A stretch of DNA of 64,000 nt from Bugula neritina. Taxonomy: Eukaryota; Animalia; Bryozoa. Made by a program: the position numbers and the translations under genes. Each line of letters begins with the position of its first letter. Position 1 is the stretch's first letter. The stretch spans positions 12,957,133 to 13,021,132 of the forward strand of contig OZ037771.1 of NCBI GenBank assembly GCA_964035545.1. The letters run 5' to 3'. The notes under the pieces are model-generated. The model did no database searches. It had not been told where the DNA came from and saw only the letters and a list, made by a program, of their open reading frames with translations. Of this stretch, positions 1 through 13,401 are shown one piece after another.

Positions 1-21
1 AATTCTGCTCTTACAGCTTAC

Positions 22-79
22 CTGTTACGCCACTTTGGTTAGCCTCTCTCTGAGCTTTAAATACGAGTTTATTCAACAT
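22..79 (-). CDS. Alternative first coding exon (MLNKLVFKAQREANQSGVT, ends phase 1)
   Basis: ATG at 79, 19 codons + 1 nt, strong donor ACAG|GTAAGC; same phase as the other first exons. Confidence 0.65.
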
Positions 80-2999
80 GCTTCGGCAACAGAAATCCAA
101 CAGAAACTGATTTTCCGGTCAATAAAGTTACTAAAAGTTGCATTCATTAAAACGCAACAGCTATTTCAAGATGTGCACTAAATCTGCCTACAGCATGTTA
201 GCTTTCGTAAAGGAGATAAAAGAATTCATTAGCCTTTCTTATTTGACATTCCCCAAAATCAGAGCCACTCAAGTATCACCTCATCTACTAGCAGGTTTCC
301 GGTGTCATAGAAAATCTCGGAGCATTGTTCGTGATTACAAGGGGTTGAATAATCATCCCTCAAAAAGATTTCATCAAAAGATTTCGTGAAAACAGAAGCA
401 CAACAGGTGATCACGTAACCTAATCTAAGCTAATACAATAGCACCTTTCATCAGCTCACAATATAATACTAGCCCAGTGCAAGTCTTGGAACAATCCATT
501 CAGTAAAGCTTTTACCTCTCCTGTTTAAACTACTCACACCTCTCCCCTTACAGTATGAGTGAAACACAGTAATAAGCAACTGTTGACCAATAAACTATCA
601 GATTTGCAATCACAACAAACAAAATTTGAAAGAGAAAGTGCCACATTTTGAACACCCTTGAGTCATTTTTAAATTGACTAATTGCAGTAATTTCACTTTT
701 ATTTTGCTGCAAAATGAATTGAAGCAAATTGCTCCTATGATACGTTTTATTGAATAAATTAGACTCAAAAGCTTATAGGGGGTTCTACCAGTAAACCTGC
801 ACCCTCTCTCTGAATTGTATAAGCCAGCTTTAATCTAACAGTGACTCCCCCACAACCAAAAGATTATCCTAAACAGAATTTATGAAATCCCCCTTATTGT
901 TTCACCCAGTGTGTTTAGACATTCACTCTTCGTGTCAGTTTCCTAATCTGTTTGGTATTTCAAACAACTCAACAAGACTACATGCTGAAAACTTGCATAC
1001 CACACTTGGAGTTATCAGCTCAAATCAAGAGTAAACAACTCCAGAAACTTTTACACAATTATTACTAAGCATTCAGTGAACAAAGCCTTGGAAATGCCAG
1101 TGTGGAGTTTTTAGGTGCATCATAAAAATCTAATCAAGTTTTTTCTCTGATTCACTGGACAAACTAGAACATAAATGTAAATTAATTGCTTCCAGAACAA
1201 TATTTAGCTCATTAGAAATAGTCTACACCAGCATAATATGATGATTTATAGGTACTCAGACTTAAACAAATGATGTCATCAGGATATACTATGCTGACTA
1301 ATACTTCTAAACATCTTGGCTGACAATCTCAATACCCATGAAAAAAAGGCCCTGTCAGACTATCATTTGGTGAACAGTTCTATAAGTTTTCCAAGTTTTC
1401 CAGTTTTCCAAAGATAAGACAATTCTACAGAGCGGGTTTTGTAAGACAAGGGTGAAGGCGCTATGTTGAGTCACACTTTATCGTAGGGTTGACTGAATTA
1501 AATGTACTTTTACTAACTTAAAAAACCAAATGTTGGAATAATTTCATGATTTATTAAGATAATATTAAATCTCTCACATTCTTCAGTTATTTGTTTATTT
1601 ACACATTGAAATCACTTACTAGCTTTTATCAAACTCAGAAAAAATCTAATTGCATCACAATACTAAATTAATTCACAGTGTCCTAAACTTAGATTTGTAA
1701 CTTTTGGTTTGGGTTTATTTCATGGGCAGACAACTTACTTTGCTTTAAATATTTATTAGAATTAGTTCTACTCAAAAAACAACATAAATTCCGCATCTCC
1801 TCATTTCTAAGACACAGGCATTGTAATGAATATCACGCCTTAACTAATGAGATTATAAACACAAACCCAACAAATATAGATAAACTTAAATGATAATCTG
1901 GCAGAAGGTGATGGAAAGTCAATTTTGCGGAAAAAATATTCAGAGAGCAGAATACAAAAATTCCTCTTGGAGAGGTTGATCCCTCCCCCCCCCCAAATAA
2001 CTGTAGCAGTGTTTAAATTAATTGAAATCTCCCAGAAAGCAGACGGCAGACACCAAAAATTAACCATTTCCTAGAAATGACTCAGTTAAGGCAATAAATA
2101 AACTGATGTAAACACAAGAGACAAAGAAACATTAGTTTGGTAAACAAATATGCTTCAACTTACAGTCACTAGGAAAGACAACTCCTTAGTCTTGGTTGAC
2201 TATTAAATGATTGTGTTGACACTATTGGTGACACCTCTGACACCTTACAACTTGTACTCACAGAGTCTCAGTAAGGAATGGAAAAGGGGTTAGATTAGTA
2301 TAAGTGAATAATTACAGAATAACCACTTATCTGTTGGTGCCAGCTGCTAATATGCAAGGTTTAGTGGGCTAAGTATGGCTCAGTAGGAAACACATTAGAC
2401 TTTGAATATTTACAGATAAGTAAGTTACTGTGAGAATGGATAACTGCAACTGTGATAAGATAAGAGCCCACAACTCCCAACTAAATGCCAAGAGTTAAAT
2501 AAACAGTATTAGTGGGCCAAAGGTTGTGATAAGTCACTAATCTTCTGACCAATTCATTTATTTACCTACAGATTAAAGGGCGGCACAAATCAAACACAAC
2601 TCCAACTCATTCCCCACTTGAACAACTTGATATGTATTTATTTACCTGTAAATACCGCTACTTAACATTCTTACAACATAAATTAGTAATTTTATGAGTG
2701 CCACTGAGCTGCAAGCAATAAAATAGAAGACAGAATTAACGGAACTAGTAAAGAACATAGAAAGTTGGTGATAGTATGACAGGTAGGTCTATCCCTTGTG
2801 TGTGATCTTAAGATGACAATTCTATTATACAATTGCTTAATTAAGCTGTTTAATAATTAATTTGGAGTTATTCCCTCAACTTTTAATGCTAGACTTAAAT
2901 ATAAGATAGGACTGCAGGATAGAACAAAGTAGCTTTTCATTACATTATTTATTAATAAGAATATTGCTATAATCTATTAAGTTGTAGAACAGATGACTC

Positions 3000-3270
3000 C
3001 CTATACTCTAACTACTAACTATAATACTAAATACTAACATATTCTTTAACTACTAACCTATACTCTAACTACTAACATATTCTCTAACTACTCACCTATA
3101 CTCTAACTACTAACCTATACTCTAACTACTAACCTATACTCTGACTACTAACTATAATACTAACTACTAACCTATACTCTAACTACTCACCTATACTCTA
3201 ACTACTCACCTATACTCTAACTACTAACTATAATACTAACTACTAACATATTCTCTAACTACCCACCCAT
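3000..3270. repeat. Minisatellite, ~19-bp unit CTAACTACTAACCTATACT
   Basis: About 14 degenerate tandem units. Confidence 0.85.
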
Positions 3271-5035
3271 ACTCGAAATTTACAAAGCATAATATAAATA
3301 AAAAAACTATTTGATAATTGAAATATCTTTCTAAAATTATGTACAATGCATAACACACACCACAATATTAGATACCACAGTACGCAATACATACTACAGT
3401 ACACAATACAAACCACAGTACACAGTACAAACCACAGTACGCAGTACAACCTACATCTTCTATATTAATGTCAACCAACCTAATAGCCGACTATCCATAC
3501 AATCAGCTGTGTACGTAAAGCTACGAATCATGCGAGGCTTCATCATTTTTCGCATTTTGCAGACTCACAGAAAAAACCGCTACAATTTGCTGTGAATGAA
3601 TTCTCAAATGCAAAGGAGTGGAGTTACGAGATAATGTTTCTCACGAAATTAATTTATGACATCAACGAGGAGGTGCTTGAAGGAGATAATGTCAGAAGAG
3701 GCATTTCATGGAGCATGTCATACAGAGCAATGCCACACTACCAACAGCTGCCGACGTTATGCACTGAGAATAGTTCTTGAAGAAGTTTGGAATTCTATGG
3801 GAGAGCTGACCAGTTGCAGCTTGAGTTGAGACAAGTGGCTCATCATGTCACTGATAACTATCCGTGACTTGTCAGAATAAATTGAATGAACTGTTACTGG
3901 ATGCATGAGTAATACTAACTCATAATATTATTATATACTATTATAATACGCAGAAACTGGTGCAAACACGTGACATAATTCCCTGCGATCTCTTACAAAA
4001 TATATTACCACAATCTCTTATCAGCTCTGGTGAACTAGAAGGGCAACAGTTGCATTGACATTCACAAAATCATTTCGACCCAGATTTTGACTAGTTTCTT
4101 GATTTTTAGTTCAGATACAGTAGCTTTAACACTGAGCTTTATTACACTATGAATATTCACCTTTTGGCACTCAAATACTCGATATAAATTAGATTTTATA
4201 GTAGTTGTCTTCCCATCTACACTTAACGGTTCAAAGTATTTAGACGAATTAACGAGAACTCATGCTGGTAAACAAATGTCAAATGAAGGAAACATGAAGT
4301 TGAAAATAGACGTAACCTTCAAATCTAATAAATAATATGACTCAATCACGTAGTGGGTGAGACTACCAATTACTTTAATTAAAATCACGAAAGAAACTGC
4401 TTGCAAACAGAACATGGCCTCCATGTAGTTGATCAAATATCCAACCAGCAGTATAGCTTTATTTTTAGCTGAGTAATTACTAGTTACTATATTATTAGAG
4501 AGAGACATACAAGAAAGCCTTTTATCAATAATTACAATATTACTTCACCAGTTGGCTTGGACTTGTACATTATAAATTGTAATTGATTTAGATGACCAAG
4601 TACTGTATATGTTATGTCTTGATTAGATGCAAGTGTACTACATATTATGTAGACAGTTGTTTTGGTCCTAATTTCCAATTTGTTATCAATACAAAACAAT
4701 AAATATTATCCTAGTATGATATCAGTACAGGATGTTATCAGTAAGATATCTGGAATTGGCAAGTGCAGAGTAACAGGTTGTTTGCCACTAAATTTGCTGA
4801 CCATAGCTGTTTTTAGGCAGCAACTTCATACATTCCACAAATAGACCACACCATTATTTCTTGCTATATCGTCTCTATATAAACTTCACAAACCCATTCT
4901 ATATTAATAATCGGAAAATAATCTCGTGTCAACTGTCAGCCAATTTTCTAATAAAAATTTAAACGCCTCATCATGATTCGAATGACGTCATAGCAACGTG
5001 ACAATCAGGATGAATACTTTTGTAAAATAACTTAC

Positions 5036-5117
5036 CAGTATTCCTTGTTTTGCGAAATGCACTTTTGTTTCGACGGCTGCTACCACCGCCACACAAGCAG
5101 CACAGGAAACTCCTCAT
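5036..5117 (-). CDS. Alternative first coding exon (MRSFLCCLCGGGSSRRNKSAFRKTRNT, ends phase 1), palmitoylation-like N-terminus
   Basis: ATG at 5117, 27 codons + 1 nt, donor CTG|GTAAGT; GC-richer region just upstream. Confidence 0.75.
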
Positions 5118-6006
5118 TACCTCGGGCTATGCACAAATCCCTCAGTGTTTACAGGTCAAAATATTGCCAAACAGCTTCATTCAGCAGTAATTAGCGAGTT
5201 GGCATGCATGTGCAGACGACTTCAGCTAATAGGTAGCGATGCCGCCACCCACAAGCTCCAGAACTGCTCCAGAAGTGCCGGAATGCACGCAGCACGGGCT
5301 AGCAGTGTCCCAGTTGCAGACAAGCTCTACTGAGCTAGCGGAATCCAACAACACAAAACCGTACACGAGTGTGCATAGCAGAGATAAAGTTTTAATGAGA
5401 CTGAGTTTAATATGAAGTAACTTGAGACGTGCCACACATACCCCTCGTCTACTTCCCAAAAATGTACGCTGGGTCTAAGATGTCAGGTTGAAGGCAGCCG
5501 ATGTAGTGAGATGAATGTTAGAAAACAAGCTACACGAGTATCAGATGAAGAACTATGTGCATATTAATATGAAGTGCTCTAAGATATATGTTGCCTGCAT
5601 ATTGATTATTCTAATAATCATTTATTGCTATGGATTATACACTGTTTCAGAGCCTTCCTCCCTCCGTACATGATGTAATAAGTTATCACATCAGTTGCAT
5701 CAAGGATTCATTGAGTACAATAGGCACATGCAGCACACAAATCCCTAGGAGGCATTTTTAGATGCTGCTTTCGGTAAATCTTGGGTCAACTCAACAAAGG
5801 AGATCTCTGGAGAAAATATGGATCAGAGTTGGTGCAGCTGCCGAATATAATTATTTCTAAAGAGAGAATTTGTGTAATAATAGCATCAAGTCACTAGGGT
5901 TTATCTTATCTCTCACTTCCTGTAACTTTCCATAACAGATAAAAATCAGAAAGAAATTATTTCACAAAATCCTGTGACTAATAACACTTCTACAATTGCT
6001 TTTGTA

Positions 6007-6133
6007 GCTTACTAACTATTTATCTACAATATTATATTAACATTATACTTACTATGTTTTATGTACAATATATTTACATTATACTTACTATTTATCTACA
6101 ATATATTTACATTATACTTACTATTTATCTACA
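6007..6133. repeat. Short tandem repeat, ~33-bp unit containing minus-strand GTAAGT
   Basis: CATTATACTTACTATTTATCTACAATATATTTA, 3-4 copies. Confidence 0.7.
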
Positions 6134-9100
6134 TGACATAGTACCATCGACATGTGTTCCTTGATACATTTTAAACAGCACTTTTGACTCAAGTTTTTTG
6201 CATGACTATTTGAACAGAAATAATAAACGATATTGAAGATACTATATAAAAGTTTGGAGTTATCAGCACATAGTGGATGTGTTCTTGCAAGTTACGGTAG
6301 ACTATGACAGCTTTGCTTGCTGGTATTTTGGAATATCTCATAAGTTATCTCACCATGAATGTTTTTTAAATCTATAGCTTTGCACCTCGAACTACTAGAG
6401 CAGTGGGTGGGGTGGGGAGAAAAAGTCCCCTCAATTTTCTTAGTTAGAACATCAGAACGGAGTTGCATATTCAACAACTTCAGTTTCTGACCCTAAAACT
6501 AAACAATTCCTCATTTACTGCAAGATTCAGAGTCACGAGTGAGTAAAGAGGGAAATAGCGCTGGTTCAGTTAGAATAAACAGTAGGTCCACAGCTCATGT
6601 TAATATTTCAAATTCTTCGTTTTGTTTATTGTTTATCAAAAGTAGCAAAAACAGGAAATAGAATTTATATACATATGTTCCTGTCAGTCAATGTATTCAG
6701 TATATTTTTAGCCTGATTCAGCACAAAAACAAGATAAAAGAAATATAGGTTTAGTAATTGTTGTTAACTTCATCATCTTTCATGTTACACTACTTGGGTT
6801 ACTAGACAAGTGAGTTAGAAGAAATACCAGGAGAAAAACAGTGAGTCAAGGGTGGAGATGCTTCAGCAACAGTTAATATAACAGTCTGTTCCACATACCA
6901 ACCAGTGTATTCAACTCTAATACAAATTACAACATGGACAGGCAACTATGAAATGCAACTTTTCCAATTACATATACACGCAACATTGCTACAAATTGTT
7001 CACAATTACAGCTTTTGTTTCAGGCAATGTCTTCGACTTTTGATTATAAATAGTTGATTTAAAAGCTCGCTACTTGCCCTCATGAGCAGACAATTTTAAT
7101 GTGGCTCTCATACAATAAAATTCAATTTCTGCTAAAGATCATTATTCCTTATCCACAAGGTTTTCCGATCTCCGTTTACTCACTTCGCATGCATGAATGA
7201 ATAACGCACTACTGAGTGTTACATTACTAAGTATTGCATTACTAGCTATTGCATTACTAATTATTGCAATAACAATTAACAAATTACTGAATCACGCATT
7301 GCTATAAGCTCTACATTGCTGAGTTTCACAATAACTGAAATTGCAACTACTATAGGCATATGGACTATAGGCTATGCACTATAGTATCATGGAGGGCTGG
7401 ACAACTACTGTGTTTGGGTCCCACGACTCCCATGCAATGTAATTCCATTTATGTGACATCATATTATGATAATATAAACTGCGGGGTTGCCTAAATATTA
7501 CACTGTGTGGTATATATACTCATGATGTAAACTTGGCATGGCTAGCTACAGGTTTACATTAAATTCTGTGAGAATGGAACAGAAATATACTGGCAGAAAT
7601 TCTTTTGAGGAATCACCAATTGTTATTTGAAGTGAGATGCGTGTGGTTAGATCCAGAGTAGATTTCGTTTACACAGATTCCAGAATTACGAAAACTTAAA
7701 GTTTTGAGTTGAATAATTTTTTGTGATAGCTTCAACAAAAATTTGATGTTTGACACACAAATGCCAGGTATTTTGTTGAAAGGAGTTAAAAATTGAATTA
7801 AAGGTGTCAAAGTTCAAGTAGTCAAGTGTTGACCATTGTCACCTTTGACCTGAATACTACTGCTCCCCATAACAGTTACAAAATAAATACCAATTAGACC
7901 AAATCTTTTCAGGCATTAAATTTGCATTTGGTTATTTCAAATTAGGTCTCCTACCGACAAAAAGTGTTACATAATAAAAAGCTGACTCTAAGAGTGAGTA
8001 GACAGCATTAGCTAAGTACAGGCAGCAGTAGCCAAGTACAGGCAGCAGTAGCCAAGTACGTGCAGCAGTTCAAGGGTGTGGGCAGCCTGTGACTACCTGA
8101 AGCAGGTGCACCTGATACTACATAACATAATATATTACATTAGTAAGGTCATCAAGGGTTAAATTACCTCATATCAGGTTTTACTTTTTATAGATGACAT
8201 CAAGCTACTCTACTCTTAGCTGGTGCAGATGCCGTATATTATAATTATACTAAAGAATTTAAAATGCCAACTGCTGACTTAGAATAGATGTTTACACTGC
8301 TGACCTACTCTTACGCAGACATAACATATTTAGATCAGCACTTTCAATGGCTTGTCTAAAAACAACTGTTTGGAACTTAGGGCTAGGGTTAGGAAGTTGT
8401 GAATGAGGCCTAGGGCTATTTGAGTTATTCGAAGGTTTACTACATGGGTGTGTGTTTGCCCAGAGCAGCTAGAACTTTCTATATATGTCACCACGGGTTT
8501 AGATATCTGTATGTAGCAACCATGAGCTATAACGTGTGCAAGTTTTATACGTATATGTAGTATATGTGTGTTTGTAGTATATATGTGTGTATGCAGCAAC
8601 CATTTGGTTTGCATGTAAATTTTCAAGCAGCAACTTGGCTTGCAACATTTCTGTTGCTGTCCAAAGTTTATCCATGTAAGACAAATATTTACCAAATGCG
8701 GGATATTTCAGAGGGATTTTATTTAAATATTAACACGATATAACGTAAATTCTGTGCAACTAAGGAAGTGGTGAAGTTATTCAGCTACCTGGGAGATGAC
8801 AATGTGCATTAACATCTACTCCTACTTCTCAACGCTACACTGACTTCTAGGCCTACGAACTTATATATATGTAGGCAAAGCACTGCCTTGATTTCAACAA
8901 ATTTTTGCCAGACTAACACAAAATAGTACACAAAACACTCTAAATTTGTAGCAGAGAAATATAATTTATGGAAATCTAACTGACAAAATGACAGATTACA
9001 TCAAGCTTAGTAACACTGAACTCTGCTGAAGACAATTGCGAGATAATTTATTATTGTTAATGCTTACAAATGCTAACTTTCTATTAATAGTTTATCAACT

Positions 9101-10552
9101 AGATAGATCTACAACTAGTGAGTGGAGTTAATCACTAGAAGGCGGTTCTGGGGATAGATTAATATGTTTTGCTATGAGCTTACATTAGATAACTCTTCAA
9201 CAATGTGTGCACATGGGGGCACCCTCAGGGAATAGTCACTGCAACACACCTTGGTCATATAACTCAACAATGCATACCATGGTTTGAGTCACCAGCTACT
9301 ATGCAATAGCCATCGGCATCGAAAACTTAATGAATGCTGACTTGTGCAGCAGTGATGGTAGAATGTCACTTGAATTTTTGAGTTTTGCCAAATTGTTGAT
9401 AAACAAACATGGAAATAGTAGCTGTGGTCTCAGATTTGATTTGATCAACACTCTCTGATATCAAAGGACGAGAAAATAGCATGTGGGATCAGGTGTTTGG
9501 CCCCCAGTGATCTTCTTTGATTACAGAAGTAAATAGCAGAGAGTTTATAGTCTAGAGCACATACTAAGGCTGACCGGAAATGTTTTGCTATATAAATGGA
9601 GGAAGTTATTTTATCCCATCTTCGGTAAGATTAGAGCTAAGAGAAGTTGTGCTATTTTGCTAGGGTGCATCAAATCGAGATTAATCAATTTTCTAAAAGC
9701 AAAATATCCAGAGAAGTCCAACTGCAGTATGTCAAACTCAATAAATTATTATGAAGGAGTTTCAAAGGGACATAAAAATTATCAATCTAAAAAATGCTTT
9801 GATTTGAGTGCCTAGACTAAAGAAACAATAGTAACTAGAGACGGCTGGAAGTTATGCAATGCTGAAGTAAGGCTCGTTATTGTCAGGTGACAGTGCACTG
9901 AGTTGAGACAAGACAATGGAAACCAGGACAGCATGAAACGAGCTATTCGAGTGAGAGGCATCAGTTGAGGGGAGAACAAAGCTTAGTGCACTGAGTAGCA
10001 GCAGTAGCTGCAGTTAATGATAGTAATCATGTGCTCAGAGTTGAGTGATTAACAAATGATTCCATTCAACTTCTGTTAAACAATTATAGTATCAAATTTG
10101 AAAAAAGAATGCACAGCTAATATCTAATGTCTTTCGAAACTATATGCAGGGTGCAGGGAAAGAGCTAAGCAGCCCTGATGATAACAATAATTAGAGAAAT
10201 TTAAGAACTTAGGCAATCATTTTTGGCCGAATGGTGAATACTGCCAAATTACTATGCATATGGTGATATTGCACTATTGATTTAACATGTAGGTATAACA
10301 TATATGAATATAATTAATATATAACACATATATTTTAATAACAAGCAAGGATATGCCTGAAAATGGTTTCAACCTACACCCTTCCATGTTACTCAAATTA
10401 AGACTTTGAATTTACATAGCCTCAATTTCTACTTTCTACCATCAACTTTGTTGAGGATAAACTAACCTCTCCCCCACTTTAGACCTATCAATTAAATACA
10501 GAAGGCATTGCAGCAGAATTCAGCCCCACGTATGCCAAACACAATCACATAC

Positions 10553-10913
10553 CTGCTAGTTTACGACTTCGATTCAGGCGACCTATTTTATCCAAAGTAT
10601 TTCTTCCCATTCTGTGAACATGCTCACTAAATCCTCGCTTAATTCCTTTATTGGAGCTGACAAACGCCGCATAGCCACTAGAATTGGGTTGACTCGGATA
10701 ATCAGGCTCTGCAGGAGCATCAGCGCTTGGTTCCAGGTTGTGTACACTCCTTCTGAGCTTCTCATTTCGCTTTATTTTAGGGAATGTGTTGGTCCTTCGT
10801 AAACTGCTAAACCTGAAGAGAGATATCCGAGGAGAACGAGATGATGTCGCCTTAGTTGGAGTGTCTGTAGAACTCATTGTGTTTATGGTTGGATCCCCAG
10901 TTATCACAGTCAT
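10553..10913 (-). CDS. Alternative first coding exon (MTVITGDP..RSRKLA, 120 codons, ends phase 1)
   Basis: ORF 10545..10919; in-frame TGA just upstream of ATG 10913; donor GCAG|GTATGT. Confidence 0.75.
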
Positions 10914-12640
10914 CTCCACCTTACCAACTCACTTTAAACGCTTTTCTGTTAAACCATTGTCGCACGTTTACCAAAAGTTGTTGAATATTCTGTTCAGTTT
11001 GTAGCAGCAGACAATAAAAACCTCACTGCATGTTTAAAAATGAAATAATGTAGCTGAGAATCACCAACAGGGGAATCATTGGATTCAACCAATCATGAAG
11101 CAGCTCTTGTTATTCAAGTAATTTAATAATAAAACAGCTCAAGAAGGAACTAATTCCTAATAGATCTCCGGTAGTTCTCGTATCCTACAGGTTGGCATAG
11201 ACTGAGAATATCAGGTATGTCTTCCCAAAGCTTTTTGACAGCTTTTTGCCATTCAAATATATGAATGTACTTCAAATCTACCTTCTAAACAAGTGAATGA
11301 ATCCCTCACCGTGTCTCATAAAAGCTGCTACTAAAGGCAGTGACTGATTGGCCAAAATCGCAGCATTATATAAGTATAGTGACTAAATATAGCGAATGAT
11401 GCCAAGTGATGCTTTCCAGACAGAAATCATAAAGTAGATTTCTACATCCCAGACAGTCTCTGGTTTATTGCACTGCACTCGCTGCTCACGTATTCAGAGT
11501 GATTTCACAACTCTGTAAATTCTTTTCTCTCATTCAGTTAAAAGGCAGAAATAAAGTCAGTCATTTAAATTTAATTACAGGCTTTATATTGGTTTTTGTT
11601 TCATCAGAATAATCTGCTGTATCACGTGATAAAATACAGATGTGGTGGTCATGAACATGAGAGCATTACTCTTAATTGTTGTAAGTTCTAGAATATAGCA
11701 AAGGATATTTATTTATTGGTAGCAGATGAGAGAATAATGTTTGTATTCCACTCCAACATGACACTACCAGATGCCAGTAAATGTGCAGATCTTATAGTGT
11801 GCATTTCTTGCATTGGTTTTATTAACTATTGCATCAGCTGGGAAGATAACTCCTTAAAATCAAATATTCACCTACTTAAAATGCAACATCCAAAACAACA
11901 ATTCAAGTTAAATCTCAAGACTTGTACTCTGTTTGCTGACTTGTGTATATCTGAAGTAAGTACCAGTATACAAACGAGGTAAGTACCAGCATACAAACAG
12001 AGATCAGTAGTTTAATTAATACGCTATGTGTGAGCATAACACTTAGACCTTCAAAACACCTTGTACACTGCTTTCCATCATTCTCATAAGGCAAAGTCAT
12101 GGAAATGCAGTGATATGCACATGTTTTATACAATAATTAATGTTATGTCAGTATATGCACTGTCATGCATGATATTATATAATACATACATAAGATAAAA
12201 AGTAGCATCTGTGGTATTGATTTTTAGTATCAGTTTGCGAGTTGATTGTAGTCCCACGTGTATTATCTAGTGCTGTATTTGCTTAACTTCTGCACTAAAA
12301 CACTGCCCTAACCTGTTTGTTGTAACTTCCTTTTAACTAAATTGTATGGATGTTGAGCTTAACAATATTGATTTAGAGTTGCTTTCCCATGAGATAACTC
12401 ACACCAAGAAAATAGAAAGAGTGCAAACCAAAAAATGATCAATAGAAAACTACATGTAGCTGCTAATAGCGAAACTTCTTTGAACTTATATAATGGAGAG
12501 ATGGAGAACCCTCTTCCCTCCCCCTTCCAATTAGACAACTTCGACATTGAAACTGAGGTTGTAAAAACACAGCTAACTTCTTACAGAAACTTATATCAAA
12601 GAGCATAACGTAAAAAATATTGGTACGTTGACCTACATAC

Positions 12641-12662
12641 CTTTTGACAAATCAGCTTTCAT
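12641..12662 (-). CDS. Candidate short alternative first coding exon (MKADLSK, ends phase 1)
   Basis: ATG AAA GCT GAT TTG TCA AAA G|GTATGT; short, so a chance match is possible. Confidence 0.4.
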
Positions 12663-13401
12663 CTTACTACGTCACACCAAAAAGGAGTTCCAACACACCG
12701 AGATAATCTAATAATAGCTAAAACTCTCTCTGTCACACTAACAGTGATTATTTCCAAGAGATACATATGACAAGCTGCAAGCACTGTGGAAACACAACTT
12801 ATGTCAACCTCACAACGACAGCGACTAATATAAAGGCAGCAGTTTTTCCCAGGAGAGGCATCATAATAATGACACCAAAACAGTGACCTATTTAAAACCA
12901 GCAGACTAGATGGCGCAAAGGAAATACAACAACATACAGATCTCATCCTTCACGTATAGTCGAGAAACTATGAACTAAGCAATTATTGATCCTTGATGCT
13001 ATTTTTGACTATAACCTTAATTCTTGCAACAGCAAACGCAATTATTTTGTATTATATATTGCAAATATTATAAATGTCAATTGATTTTTTTCAACAGGTT
13101 TTTCAATACTGAAAAAAATATTTTAAGGAGTTGTGTACCCAGAATAAGCATCTAGATATCACAATAGCCTGTGGTATAAGACAGAGCAGCTTCTCACATT
13201 CTACACAGGGTTTTATTTTCCACCTTCAAGAATTACAGGCTATTCTATCTGTTGTATTGTAATAAGCAACTCAAAAAGTTCAGTTTTGGTATTTTTAGAA
13301 ATTTTTAAAGAAAAAACAACCCGGAAAGTTCTATGTTAATGTCGTCTTTCTACCTACCGATTAGTGAGAGATTTGGAAGTAAATAGTGTTAAATAACTTA
13401 C

